A DNA stretch of 64,000 nucleotides from Solirubrobacteraceae bacterium (GTDB taxonomy: Bacteria; Actinomycetota; Thermoleophilia; Solirubrobacterales; Solirubrobacteraceae): NCBI GenBank assembly GCA_036267655.1, contig DATAVP010000029.1, positions 32,151-96,150 of the forward strand. The letters run 5' to 3'. Position 1 is the stretch's first letter. Each line of letters begins with the position of its first letter. Shown piece after piece: positions 1 through 9,728 of this stretch. The translations under genes and the position numbers were made by a program. The notes below the pieces were generated by a model. It made no database searches, had not been told where the DNA came from, and was given only the letters and a program-made list of their open reading frames with translations.

Positions 1-581
1 CCCCTGCCGCGCATCAGCACGAGCAGGTGGTAGATGACGTCAGCCGCCTCTTCGTCCACGCGCTCGTCGGACTCCTCGCGCGCGGCGCGTGAAACCTCCT
101 CGGCCTCCTCCATCACCTTCGCCCCGACCAGCGCCCGATCCTCGAGCAGCTCGACGGTGTAGGAGCCCTCGGGCCTCGCCTCGGCCCGCTGGACGATCGT
201 GCGCTCGAGTGCGGGCAGCACCTCGCTCGGCGCCGCAGGACTCAGCTCGCCACGGTGAAAGCAGGTGCGCTCGCCGGTGTGGCAGGCGGGACCGGCGGGC
301 TCGACCATCGCGAGCACGGTGTCGCCGTCGCAATCGATCCGCAGGGCCTGCACGCTCTGCACGTTCCCGCTCGTGGCGCCCTTGTGCCAAAGCTCTTTGC
401 GCGAGCGGCTGTAGAGGTGCAGCTCGCCGGTCTCGCGCGTGCGCGCCAGCGCCTCGGCGTTCATGTAGGCGAGCATCAAGACCTCGCCGCTGCTCCAGTC
501 CTGCACGACGCATGGCACCAGGCCGCGCTCGTCATAGACGAGCCGGCCCTCGATCGCTCCCCCTGGCGCCGCTGTGTTCAT
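1..581 (-). CDS. hisIE: Bifunctional phosphoribosyl-AMP cyclohydrolase/phosphoribosyl-ATP pyrophosphatase (3' end outside window)
   Basis: Manual minus-strand translation [28 protein letters not shown]...VLMLAYMN...GSYTVELL...KVMEEAEEV...[11 protein letters not shown]; not in the ORF track because it runs off the window. Confidence 0.93.
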   Translation of the reverse strand, partial: MNTAAPGGAIEGRLVYDERGLVPCVVQDWSSGEVLMLAYMNAEALARTRETGELHLYSRSRKELWHKGATSGNVQSVQALRIDCDGDTVLAMVEPAGPACHTGERTCFHRGELSPAAPSEVLPALERTIVQRAEARPEGSYTVELLEDRALVGAKVMEEAEEVSRAAREESDERVDEEAADVIYHLLVLMRGR

Positions 582-683
582 CCGCACGATTGTAGGTCGA
601 GGCCGCACGGGCAGGCACCTCGCCGCGCGGGCGAAGCAGTGGCTACGCCGCTGCGATCGCTTTCAGACACACTCCTGGAAGCG

Positions 684-1718
684 ATGGCCTCGGTGTTCGA
701 CCGCGAGCTGCTCGTGGTGAGCGGAAAGGGCGGCGTCGGCAAGACGACGCTGGCGGCTGCGCTCGGGATGCTCGCGGCCGACCGCGGCCTGCGCACGATC
801 GTGGTGGAGGTAGGCGAGCAGGCGCGTCTGCCCGCGCTGTTCCAGGACAGCGCACGAGCGCCGGAGGAGTCGCCTCAAGCAGGTGTGGAGACGCAGCTCG
901 CGCCCGAGCTCTGGAGCCTCTCGCTCGATCCCGACCGGGCGCTGCTGGAATGGCTGCAGTCGCTCGGAGGCCGGGTTTCGGGCCGGGTGCTGGCCTCGAG
1001 CGGCACCTTCCAGTACTTCGCGGCCGCGGCGCCCGGCGCCCGCGAGCTGGTGAGCATGGTCAAGATCTGGGAGCTGACCCGTGGCAGGCGCCGGCGCGGA
1101 CGGGGCCACGGCTATGACCTGGTGGTGCTCGACGCGCCCGCGACCGGCCACGCGCTCGGCCTGCTCGACTCGCCTCGGACCTTCGGCGCGATCGCCCGGG
1201 TGGGACCGATCGCCGCTCAGGCCGAGCGACTGCGTGAGCTGCTCGAGGACCCCGAGCGCTCGGACTACCTGGCGGTCGCGCAGGGAACCGAGCTCGCAGT
1301 CACCGAGACGCTCGAGCTGCAGGAGCGACTGAACGAGCAGCTTGGCCGCGATCTGCGGATGGTCATCGTCAACGGCATGCTTCCCCAGCGCTTCAACGCC
1401 CCCGAGCTGCGAGCACTCGAAGAGCTGCTCGCCGGGCCGGCCGACCCCGCAATCACGCCCCGAGCCCGCGCCGGCTCGACCGGCGCCGGAGGGAGCGACT
1501 CGCGCGCCGGGTCGCGACCCGCGGCCGAGACGAAGCTGATCGGCTCAGCGCTCGCAGCCGCCGAGGCGGTCTCCGAGCGTGCCCGCTCACAGCACAACCA
1601 GCTCTCGCGCCTGCGTCGGCGCAAGTTCGAGGTGGTCGGCGTGCCCTTCCAGTTCAGCGCCGCGCTCGACCTCGCCGCAGTACGACGAATCGCCGACCAA
1701 CTGAAGCGCAAGCTCTAG
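684..1718 (+). CDS. ArsA/Get3-family ATPase (Rv3679/Rv3680-like)
   Basis: Deviant Walker A SGKGGVGKTT, switch II DAPATGH, APGARE motif; start reassigned to ATG 684 within ORF 255..1718. Confidence 0.85.
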   Translation: MASVFDRELLVVSGKGGVGKTTLAAALGMLAADRGLRTIVVEVGEQARLPALFQDSARAPEESPQAGVETQLAPELWSLSLDPDRALLEWLQSLGGRVSGRVLASSGTFQYFAAAAPGARELVSMVKIWELTRGRRRRGRGHGYDLVVLDAPATGHALGLLDSPRTFGAIARVGPIAAQAERLRELLEDPERSDYLAVAQGTELAVTETLELQERLNEQLGRDLRMVIVNGMLPQRFNAPELRALEELLAGPADPAITPRARAGSTGAGGSDSRAGSRPAAETKLIGSALAAAEAVSERARSQHNQLSRLRRRKFEVVGVPFQFSAALDLAAVRRIADQLKRKL

Positions 1719-1789
1719 TGGAGTCGGGGCGCACGTGCCTACAGCCGCGGCCCTCGCGCCGCGGGGCAACCGGGAGGCCCTCCCAGCAG

Positions 1790-2332
1790 CTACTGCGCGA
1801 TGAGCCTGTACTTGCGGGTGCCGGGGTTGCGCTCAAGCAACCCGACCGCCAAAAGTGTCGTGACATAGCGATGTGTGGTGCTCGTGTTCATGTCGAGCAT
1901 GCGGGCCAGTTCGGCAATCCCGAGATACCCGCCGTCGGCGGGGAAGCATGAGAGCACTAGGAGTCCGGATAGCAATGAGCGAGAGAGCCGCCGATCGTCC
2001 ATCTGGGCTGGATAGGCCCACTCCTCGGAGTCCAGCGACAGCGGCCACTCTGGATCCTTGACCGCCGACAACAGCACCGACAGCGTCCCTCCTTGGCCCG
2101 CGCTGCGCACTACCTGGTCAACCTGCGACTTCGAGAGCTCGATCAGCACTGCGTCCCCTCCCGGCTCGCCCTCGGTGCGAGCCGAACGCCGTGTGGGGCG
2201 TTCGGCTCGCTGCCACTGGCGAGACGACGCGGCTTTGGATGCAGTCCCGGATGCGCCGGCCTTCGCACGCCGAGAACGGCGCGGCTTCTCTCTCCTGGCC
2301 GGCATTACCCCGGTTCCGTTGTCATCCATCAT
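1790..2332 (-). CDS. Protein with C-terminal IclR-type helix-turn-helix and no effector domain
   Basis: RSLLSGLLVLSCF...LGIAELARMLDMNTSTTHRYVTTLLAVGLLERNPGTRKYRL at the C-terminus. Confidence 0.75.
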   Translation of the reverse strand: MMDDNGTGVMPARREKPRRSRRAKAGASGTASKAASSRQWQRAERPTRRSARTEGEPGGDAVLIELSKSQVDQVVRSAGQGGTLSVLLSAVKDPEWPLSLDSEEWAYPAQMDDRRLSRSLLSGLLVLSCFPADGGYLGIAELARMLDMNTSTTHRYVTTLLAVGLLERNPGTRKYRLIAQ

Positions 2333-2380
2333 CGCGTTGGATAGATGATGACCTCGGGTGCGAACGGCGCAAAGACTGTT

Positions 2381-2421
2381 CTGAATATTCAGTTCTGACT
2401 AGTTCTTGCAATATGCAGGAA
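2381..2421. promoter_or_regulatory. AT-rich palindromic operator candidates upstream of the IclR-HTH gene
   Basis: Perfect palindrome CTGAATATTCAG (2381-2392) and imperfect TTCTTGCA-ata-TGCAGGAA (2403-2421). Confidence 0.45.
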
Positions 2422-2443
2422 TTTTTCATGGCTTGGCTCCTTG

Positions 2444-3532
2444 CTAGGCGCGTTGTGCGAAGGCGATCCGCCATAGACGCAGTATCGGCAGCAGCAGGCG
2501 GGTGAGCGAGCCGCCCGCCTCGACCAGGCTCGCGGTGCTGGCGCGCAGATCCGGCGAGCGGGCGCTGTCCTTGGAGAGGTACATGGCGACCATGCAGGCC
2601 GCGATCAAGGCGTGGCGGTGACCGTTGCGCAGACGACGAGCCTCGACCACCGAACGCGTCACGAGCGTGCGCACACGCTCGCCGGCCAGCGCCTCGCTGC
2701 CGTAGTGGTCTACGTATCGATGGCTGCCGTCGCGTTCGTCTTCGACCTGATCGACGTAGCTGTCGAGCATCGTCGCCGCGCCGGAGATCCACGGGAAGTA
2801 GGCGGCACAGGTGCGCTCGATCTCCTCGTCGGTGCAGGCGGGGTCCGCGGCGAGCGCGAGAAACGCGTGCACTGCGAGCGATGCGCTGGCCGCGCTGCTC
2901 AGCTCGAACCAGCTGAGGCGCTGCTCCTCGCCGAACTCGCTTGCGACCCAGGCTCTGAGCGCGGCGTCGCGATCCGACGGATCCACATCGTGATTGAGCG
3001 CCTGGACCTGGGCGCGCCGCGCTTCGCGCACGACCAGGGGTCTCACGCAGCCGTAGGAGGGCAGCGCCGCGCAGCTGTCGCGGCACGTTTCGACGAGCTG
3101 GCGCAAATATCCGCCATCCTCCCGCCACGGGTGATAGCGGTAGTAGTCGGAGATCGGCACCGCGGGGTCGAGCGCCTCAACCAGCGCCTTGTGCAGCTGA
3201 AGTCCATTTTCGGTTCCTTCGCAGGCGCCGCGCTCGCTCACACTGTCGAGGAAGTCCCAGATGATCTGGTAGGCGACCAACAGTCGCAGCAAGTTCGGGT
3301 CGCGACGGCGGGGCAGGATCGAGAACAGCGCTGCTCCGTCGGCGTTCTCACGCTTGCGGTCGATCGAGTCGAGCGCATCTTCCCGAATGGGTCCGTCCGG
3401 GATCATCAGAGCGCGCTTTCGCCAGACGCGTATCTCGCGCGATACGGCCCTCAGGCCCCAGAGCAGCTCCCTTGCGGCAGCCGCCAGAAGGACCCAGACC
3501 TGCCGCGGAGAGAGTGGAAGCGGGTTGGGCAT
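2444..3532 (-). CDS. DUF2600 / YtpB-like tetraprenyl-beta-curcumene synthase family terpene cyclase
   Basis: AYQIIWDFLDSVSE, DYY...EDGGYLxxLVxxC, SWFELSSAASASL and MLDSYVDQVED mirror the YtpB-family acidic motifs. Confidence 0.8.
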   Translation of the reverse strand: MPNPLPLSPRQVWVLLAAAARELLWGLRAVSREIRVWRKRALMIPDGPIREDALDSIDRKRENADGAALFSILPRRRDPNLLRLLVAYQIIWDFLDSVSERGACEGTENGLQLHKALVEALDPAVPISDYYRYHPWREDGGYLRQLVETCRDSCAALPSYGCVRPLVVREARRAQVQALNHDVDPSDRDAALRAWVASEFGEEQRLSWFELSSAASASLAVHAFLALAADPACTDEEIERTCAAYFPWISGAATMLDSYVDQVEDERDGSHRYVDHYGSEALAGERVRTLVTRSVVEARRLRNGHRHALIAACMVAMYLSKDSARSPDLRASTASLVEAGGSLTRLLLPILRLWRIAFAQRA

Positions 3533-3598
3533 CTATCCATGGATCGGAATGCTCCCGGATAGTAGTTGTGGGGTCGGTCGTCATTGTCTGGAATCGGA

Positions 3599-6118
3599 TT
3601 ACTCCGGCATGCCAACCGTCGGGCGCACCCGTGCAGCCGCATATCCGGGCACCGCAACGATCGCCACGGCGACCGCGGTGATCAACACGAAGCTGCTCAC
3701 GGCCGCACCGAGCGGTGCCGATTCGATCACCGGAAAGCCAGTCACAACCGACAGCGCCCTGGTGAGCAGCAGCTGGCCGAAAAGCCCGAACACCGCTCCC
3801 AGCGCGCAGCCGCTGCCGAGCAGGATCGCGCTCTCCCACAGCAGCGCGCGCCACAGCACGAGACGACCGAAGCCGTCGACCTTCATGTCGGCCAGGCGCA
3901 CCCGCCGCTGCCAGATCATGGCTCCCATCGCAGCGGCCATCGCCAGCACGGCGGCGATCAGCACGAGGCTCCGGATCTGGGAGAGGCGCGAGAGTCCCTG
4001 CGCCGCCTGGGAATAGTGCAGACGCTCCCTCTGCTCGGCAGTTTCAACGCGCATCCCCGACTGCGAGCCAAGCGTTGCTTCGGCCTCGTGTTTGACCGCG
4101 GCGGTCGCAGCGCCCCGCGAGACATCTAGCTGGTAGGCGCTCGGGTCGAGGCTGCCCCACGCCCGTGCGTAGTCGTCGGCGTTCATGATCGCCGCGCCCG
4201 GCGGCCAGCCCAGGTTGGTGCTCAAAGCCGCGACCCGGAAGGTCATCGGCTGTGGGGTCGGCAGAGTGAATGCATCGCCCACGTGCAGATCGTGTTCGTC
4301 GGCGATCGCTCGAGAGAGGACCACCCATCCGTTCGAGTGCAAGCGTGCATCGGCGAGCCCGAGATCGCCGCTTACGAGCTGACTCGCCGATACCAGCCCG
4401 GTGTCGGCACGCGGTTGTGCGAGCACCCAGATGCGTCGCTCTCTCCAGTCGAGGAAGCTGCCGCGGTAGAGCCTCACCGAGCGCACACCCGGGAGCCGAG
4501 CGAGCGCCTCGGCGGCCACGTCCTTGAACGGGGTGGTGACCAAGGCGTTCGAGGTTCCGCCCGGCGCGATCCAGATGTCGGCACGGGAGTCGGTTCCACG
4601 CGTGGAGGCATCGAGCCCTCGTTCGAGACTGCCACGCGCACCCTCGATCGCAACGCTGCCGAAGACCGCTATCGCACCCGTAGCGGCTATCGCCAGAGAT
4701 CGCGCGCGGTTGGGTCGCGAGCGCAGCTCGATCAGGGCGAGGTAGGTCGCGGCGTCGGTGATCAGATGCTGCAGACGCGCCCAGCCGCGAATCGCGAGGT
4801 CCAGCAGTGCGGGCAGGCACAGCAGCAGCGCTGCCGTCAAGCTGAACACCCCGACGATCGCCGCCTGCGGAGCCGCGAGCAGAATCGCGGTGGTCGCTGC
4901 GAGACAGACGATCGCCAGCGAGAGCAGCCATTGCGAGCGTCGCCGCGCCGTCGTGCCCGAGGTCTGCGCGATCCGCATCGGACGCTCGGTGATCGCCGCC
5001 CGCAACGGCACAAGCACTCCCGTACCGGCCGCGAGCAGGCCCCCGAGCACTGCCAGCACGACGCTCGACCAGGTGACGATCCGTTCGGTGCCGATCGGGA
5101 AGGCAAACGACAGGTAGCCGGGATTGGAGCTGAACAGCCCGACGGACAAGACCTCGCCGAGCAGCAGCCCAAACGCCGACGCGATCACGCCGAGCACCAG
5201 CGCGTCGAGCCCCAGCACCTGCACGATCATCCTGCGCGTGTAGCCGTCGAGGCGCAGGTCTTCGATCAGGCTTCTTCGCTGAGGGACCGTGAGCATCAGC
5301 GCGTTGAATGCGAACAGGAAGCCGACCAGCGCGCTCAGCGCCGAAAACAGGCCTGTTGACTGATCGACCGGCCCGGCGGCGCGGCGAAACAGGGCGGTGG
5401 TGATGTCCGCCGGGCGAACGTTCAAGCGTCCGGCCGCAACCCGCTCGAGCTCGGCTCGGACGGTCTTGTCCAGGCGCGGCGGCGAGCGCACATAGATGCT
5501 CGTCAGGCGGCCTTCGAGTCCCGAGAGTCGCTGCACAGTACCCAGCGAGGCCAGGGCGATCGGACTTTCACCAAGCGACGCTTCGCTGCCGCTGAACAGC
5601 TGCGTCACGAGCAGCGCTTTTGACTCGGTCGAGCCGATCTGCAGCCCGACCGACTGGATCGAGTTCACGCCGATGCTGCGAGCGATCGTGGCCGACAGCG
5701 TGAACACGCTCGCCTTGCCGAGCGGCACGCTGCCAACGTGACGCGCGATGCTGCCGCCGAAGCGCGCGAGGCGTGGATCGGTGCCGACCAGATCGACCGA
5801 GCGTTCTCCGGACGGGCCAACCACGTTCGCGTTCTGCTCGAGCACCGGCGCAACCGCCTGCACGCCGGGGAGCTTGGCGACCCGCGACATCAAGCTCTCG
5901 TCAAAGCCGTGGCTGTCGCGTGAGGCGATCTGAAAGCGCATCTGTCCGACGATCCCGTTTGTGAGCCGCTGCACCGAGCCGTCGAGGCTGGTGTTGGCGA
6001 CTTGCGAGGCGAACAGCAGGGCGACGCCGATCGCGATCCCGAGCACCGCGAACAGTTCCTGCGTCAGGCGCGCACGAAGGCGCACTCGATAGAGACGCAC
6101 GATGCTCGAGAACCTCAT
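3599..6118 (-). CDS. FtsX/MacB-type ABC transporter permease (two-repeat, 839 aa)
   Basis: LGIAIGVAL first TM, two extracytoplasmic domains, two FtsX C-terminal TM blocks (QRR..LRLDG and QRR..MKVDG). Confidence 0.88.
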   Translation of the reverse strand: MRFSSIVRLYRVRLRARLTQELFAVLGIAIGVALLFASQVANTSLDGSVQRLTNGIVGQMRFQIASRDSHGFDESLMSRVAKLPGVQAVAPVLEQNANVVGPSGERSVDLVGTDPRLARFGGSIARHVGSVPLGKASVFTLSATIARSIGVNSIQSVGLQIGSTESKALLVTQLFSGSEASLGESPIALASLGTVQRLSGLEGRLTSIYVRSPPRLDKTVRAELERVAAGRLNVRPADITTALFRRAAGPVDQSTGLFSALSALVGFLFAFNALMLTVPQRRSLIEDLRLDGYTRRMIVQVLGLDALVLGVIASAFGLLLGEVLSVGLFSSNPGYLSFAFPIGTERIVTWSSVVLAVLGGLLAAGTGVLVPLRAAITERPMRIAQTSGTTARRRSQWLLSLAIVCLAATTAILLAAPQAAIVGVFSLTAALLLCLPALLDLAIRGWARLQHLITDAATYLALIELRSRPNRARSLAIAATGAIAVFGSVAIEGARGSLERGLDASTRGTDSRADIWIAPGGTSNALVTTPFKDVAAEALARLPGVRSVRLYRGSFLDWRERRIWVLAQPRADTGLVSASQLVSGDLGLADARLHSNGWVVLSRAIADEHDLHVGDAFTLPTPQPMTFRVAALSTNLGWPPGAAIMNADDYARAWGSLDPSAYQLDVSRGAATAAVKHEAEATLGSQSGMRVETAEQRERLHYSQAAQGLSRLSQIRSLVLIAAVLAMAAAMGAMIWQRRVRLADMKVDGFGRLVLWRALLWESAILLGSGCALGAVFGLFGQLLLTRALSVVTGFPVIESAPLGAAVSSFVLITAVAVAIVAVPGYAAARVRPTVGMPE

Positions 6119-6139
6119 CGCCTGCCCCCCAGGTCTCGG

Positions 6140-6847
6140 TCAGCTTGCCTTCAGCGAGGCGCTCAATCGATCGGGCTCACGCTCGGCGAGCCGACCGTCG
6201 CGCAGCGCGAATACCCGATCGGCGTACGCAGCCGCCTGCGGGTCGTGCGTCACCAGCACGAGCGCGACCTGACGCTCGCGACATGTCTCTGCGAGCAGTT
6301 CGAGGACCTGCCTGCCGCGCTCGCTGTCGAGAGCTCCGGTGGGCTCGTCGGCGAGCAGCAGCTTTGGTTCGGTCGACAGCGCGCGGGCGATCATCACGCG
6401 CTGGCGCTCGCCCATCGAGAGCTGCTCGGCGCGATGCGTGCGGCGCTCCTCCAGGCCGAGTCGATCGAGCAGCGGAATGATCCGACGCCGCGCCTCGCGC
6501 GCGCCGATGTCGGTGCCCATCAGCTTGAGCGCGGCGTTGTCGACCGCGGTCGCGCCCTGGATCAGGTTCAGGGTCTGGCGCACGAAGCCGAGCTCGTGCA
6601 GGCGGTAGTGCGCTGCCTCGCGATCGCTCAGGCCCGAGACGTCGCGGTCGTCGAGCACGACCGAACCGGCGTCGGGGTGCAGCAGGGCTGCGATCAGCAT
6701 CAAAAGCGTCGTCTTGCCCGAGCCGCTGGGCCCGTAGAGCGCGACGAACTCGCCGCCCGCGACGCGCAACGACACGCCGTCGACCGCCCGCACGGGTGTT
6801 CCGGATGCGACGGGGAAATGCTTGACGAGCTCGCGCAGCTCGAGCAT
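6140..6847 (-). CDS. ABC transporter ATP-binding protein (LolD/MacB-like)
   Basis: GPSGSGKT, LSMGERQRV, LLLADEPTGALD, VTHD. Confidence 0.93.
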   Translation of the reverse strand: MLELRELVKHFPVASGTPVRAVDGVSLRVAGGEFVALYGPSGSGKTTLLMLIAALLHPDAGSVVLDDRDVSGLSDREAAHYRLHELGFVRQTLNLIQGATAVDNAALKLMGTDIGAREARRRIIPLLDRLGLEERRTHRAEQLSMGERQRVMIARALSTEPKLLLADEPTGALDSERGRQVLELLAETCRERQVALVLVTHDPQAAAYADRVFALRDGRLAEREPDRLSASLKAS

Positions 6848-6903
6848 CAGCGTTTGTGTCTGAGGCCGGCGATGGGACCGCCCGCCGGTGCTACGCCGGG
6901 CAT

Positions 6904-7641
6904 CTAGGCCGAGCGCTGGTATCCGGAGAAGTCGATCACGTTGTCCTCGCCGTCCGGCGCGTCGGGAGGAGGCGTCAGCAGCCGTCCACCACTCAGCGCC
7001 CTGAGCTGATGCGAGCGCAGCGCGGTCGGCATATCGGGCACCGTCATCAGGATGGCCAGATCAGTCTCCTCGACAAGCGCGCGAAGCAGCATCAGAACCT
7101 CCTCGCGTTCGCGCACGCCGAGGTTGGCAGTCGGGTCGTCGATCAGCAAGAGTCGCGGTGCGCGAGCGATGCCGTGGGCAATCGCCGCGAGTGCACGCTC
7201 GCCGTCTGAGAGGCTCTCCCAGCGCTGCCCCGCACACTGGCCCATCCCGACTCGGCGCAGCGCCTCGTCGGCGAGCCGATTGGCCTCGCGCTGGCCGTGC
7301 TCGATCAGCAGCGGCAGCGCGACGTAGTCGAGCATGCAGAGCTCGCTGCGGGGGCCCGAGCGCCGCACCCAGCCCAGCTCGCCTCGACGCAGACGGGCAT
7401 GCCCCTGTTCGGAGAGCGAGGAGAGATCCTCACCGTCGAAGCGGACCGTCCCGTGGTCGGGCGTCTCCAGTCCGGCGGCGATCCGCAGCAGCGTGGTCTT
7501 ACCGGCGCCGCGCTTGCCCCAGACCCCCATGAACTCGCCGGGGCAGAGCTCCAGGCAGGCATCGGCGAGCACCCGCACCTCCGACGGACCTCGCCAGTAG
7601 CTCTTGCTGACCGCGTCCAGCGAGAGCAGCGCATCCGCCAT
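6904..7641 (-). CDS. ABC transporter ATP-binding protein with degenerate catalytic motifs
   Basis: GKRGAGKT, signature LSDGE, Walker B LLLIDDP, H-loop MTVPD. Confidence 0.85.
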   Translation of the reverse strand: MADALLSLDAVSKSYWRGPSEVRVLADACLELCPGEFMGVWGKRGAGKTTLLRIAAGLETPDHGTVRFDGEDLSSLSEQGHARLRRGELGWVRRSGPRSELCMLDYVALPLLIEHGQREANRLADEALRRVGMGQCAGQRWESLSDGERALAAIAHGIARAPRLLLIDDPTANLGVREREEVLMLLRALVEETDLAILMTVPDMPTALRSHQLRALSGGRLLTPPPDAPDGEDNVIDFSGYQRSA

Positions 7642-8255
7642 CAGATCCTCCGCAGCCGGTCCACCTGGCCCGCGCCGTCGGAGACGGCCACTGGCCTCGA
7701 GGGCTCATGCTCGTCGCGCAGCTGTTCGAGCAGCTCGCGCGCGCTCTGCAGCCATTCGATCCTTGCGTTCCAGAACGCGATCTCGGCCTCGGCGGCAAGC
7801 ACTCCCATCAGTCGCGACCAGTCGCGCGAGGAGCCGGGCACCTCCTCGGCCAAGTGCTTGAGGTCACGCAGCCGACCGAGGCAGACCAGTTCCTGCCCGC
7901 CGATCATGTCGATCAGACGCGGCACGTTGCGCGGACGACAGAGCGCGATCTTCATGTGCAGCTCGTCGCGAAGCGGCGGCATCGGCGAGGGATCGAGCAT
8001 CCAAGCCTCGAAGTGGTCGAGGCCCTCCTCGGTGGCCTCGTAGATCGTGCGCGGCGCAGCGCGGCGGGCAGGTCCTGCACCGAGCTCGCCCGCGCTGCGG
8101 ACCAGCTCGTCGCGGCTCAGCTGATCGAGCGCGGAGTAGACACCAGACGGAGCGAAGCCGGACGAGCCAAAGCGCTCATCGAGCCGCTGAGCAAGCTGAT
8201 ACCCATATCCGGGACGCTCGATAACGAGCCCCAAAACCGCGTGCTTGGCCGACAT
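7641..8255 (-). CDS. PadR-family transcriptional regulator
   Basis: HAVLGLVIERPGYGYQLAQR...GVYSALDQL...RTIYEATEEG; long C-terminal helical domain; stop overlaps the next start. Confidence 0.88.
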   Translation of the reverse strand: MSAKHAVLGLVIERPGYGYQLAQRLDERFGSSGFAPSGVYSALDQLSRDELVRSAGELGAGPARRAAPRTIYEATEEGLDHFEAWMLDPSPMPPLRDELHMKIALCRPRNVPRLIDMIGGQELVCLGRLRDLKHLAEEVPGSSRDWSRLMGVLAAEAEIAFWNARIEWLQSARELLEQLRDEHEPSRPVAVSDGAGQVDRLRRI

Positions 8256-8424
8256 TCTCGCCCTTCCTGGTCAACTGGCGTCCATGCAGAAGGTACTCGA
8301 ATTGATTGATTCGTGCATTCCAAACATGCCATGAATCAGACCGAGTGGAATTTTTGGGCCAGCCGATGCGGCATATCTATCGGGATTCCGACTGATGGCG
8401 TCGATGCTCGGCACGCCGCCGGCG

Positions 8425-9309
8425 TCAGGTTATCCCCAGCCGGTCCAGCAGGCCCTCGTCGGCCCGCCAGTCGCGGCGGATGCGAACCGAGAGATCGAGG
8501 TGCACCTGCTCCCCCAGCTCACGTTCCAGCTCGCGCCTGGCGGCGCTGCCGATCGCCTTGATCATACGCCCGCCTGCGCCGATCAGAATTCCCTTCTGCG
8601 AAGCGCTTTCGACCCATATGAGCGCACGCACTCGAGTAAGGCCGGGGCGCTGGGCCTCGACCTCTTCGACCATCACCTCGACCGCGTGCGGCAGCTCTTG
8701 GAAGGTGCGCCGGATGACGGCCTCGCGTACGAGCTCGGCCAGCAGCACGGACTGCGGCTGATCGGAGACCGCGCGCTCCCCGAACATGAAGGGTCCCTCG
8801 GGCATCCGTGCAGCCAAGTGCTCCATCAGCGGTGCTACGCCGCTGCCGGTTCGGGCGGAGATCGGAAACACCTCCTCGCCCACCTCGAGCTCAGCCGCCT
8901 GCGTAAGCGCGGCGGCGGTAGCGGCGCGTGAGAGGCGGTCGATCTTGTTGACGGCGATCGTGACCTCGGTCTTTGCGTCCGCGAGCACGCTCGCGAGGAA
9001 GCGATCGCCGGGGCCAACGCCCTGCTCGCCGTTGAGCACGAGCAGCGCGACATCGGCGTCCTGAAGCTCCTGCCGCACGCGGCCCGCCATGCGTGTGGTC
9101 AGCGCATCGCGCGGACGCTGCACGCCCGGCAAGTCAACCAGCACGATCTGACAGTCGCCCTCCGAGCGCACCCCCCGAATCGCTCGTCTGGTCGTCTGGG
9201 GCCGGTCGGAGACGATCGCGACCTTGTCTCCCACCACGGCGTTCACGAGCGTCGACTTGCCCACGTTCGGACGCCCCGCCAGTGCGACGAAGCCGCTGCG
9301 GGTGCTCAC
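8425..9309 (-). CDS. era: GTPase Era
   Basis: RSGFVALAGRPNVGKSTL, PQTTR, DLPG, NKID, KH domain SQKGILIGAGG. Confidence 0.96.
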   Translation of the reverse strand: MSTRSGFVALAGRPNVGKSTLVNAVVGDKVAIVSDRPQTTRRAIRGVRSEGDCQIVLVDLPGVQRPRDALTTRMAGRVRQELQDADVALLVLNGEQGVGPGDRFLASVLADAKTEVTIAVNKIDRLSRAATAAALTQAAELEVGEEVFPISARTGSGVAPLMEHLAARMPEGPFMFGERAVSDQPQSVLLAELVREAVIRRTFQELPHAVEVMVEEVEAQRPGLTRVRALIWVESASQKGILIGAGGRMIKAIGSAARRELERELGEQVHLDLSVRIRRDWRADEGLLDRLGIT

Positions 9310-9722
9310 GTCGGCTCCTGCGCCAGCAGCTCGCGCTGCAGTTCGAGCATCTCGCCTCCGTCGGTTTCGTGGTCCATGCCGAGCAGGTGCAGCACGCCAT
9401 GCACGATCGCCTCGCGCACATCGGCGGTGTGCTCGATGCAGATCACCACGTCGCCGAGCTCACGCCCGCCCTGCACGGGCTCGGCGCCGTCGATCGGAAA
9501 CGACAGCACGTCTGTCGGCTTGGGTAGTGAGCGATGCTGGAGATTCAGCTCGGCGATGCGCTGCGCATCGACGAACTCAATCGCCAGATGACCCTGCGAG
9601 ACCCCCGCGAAGTCGGTCGCGAGCGTGCACAGCCGCCGGATCTCCTCCAGCCGCGGGATCGCCTCCTGGGCACGAGGCGAGTGGGGCGCAGCATCAACGC
9701 CGAATACCTCGACCTCGATCAT
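9306..9722 (-). CDS. ybeY: rRNA maturation endoribonuclease YbeY
   Basis: PTDVLSF, LGDVVI, HGVLHLLGMDH. Confidence 0.95.
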   Translation of the reverse strand: MIEVEVFGVDAAPHSPRAQEAIPRLEEIRRLCTLATDFAGVSQGHLAIEFVDAQRIAELNLQHRSLPKPTDVLSFPIDGAEPVQGGRELGDVVICIEHTADVREAIVHGVLHLLGMDHETDGGEMLELQRELLAQEPT

Positions 9723-9728
9723 CGAGGC

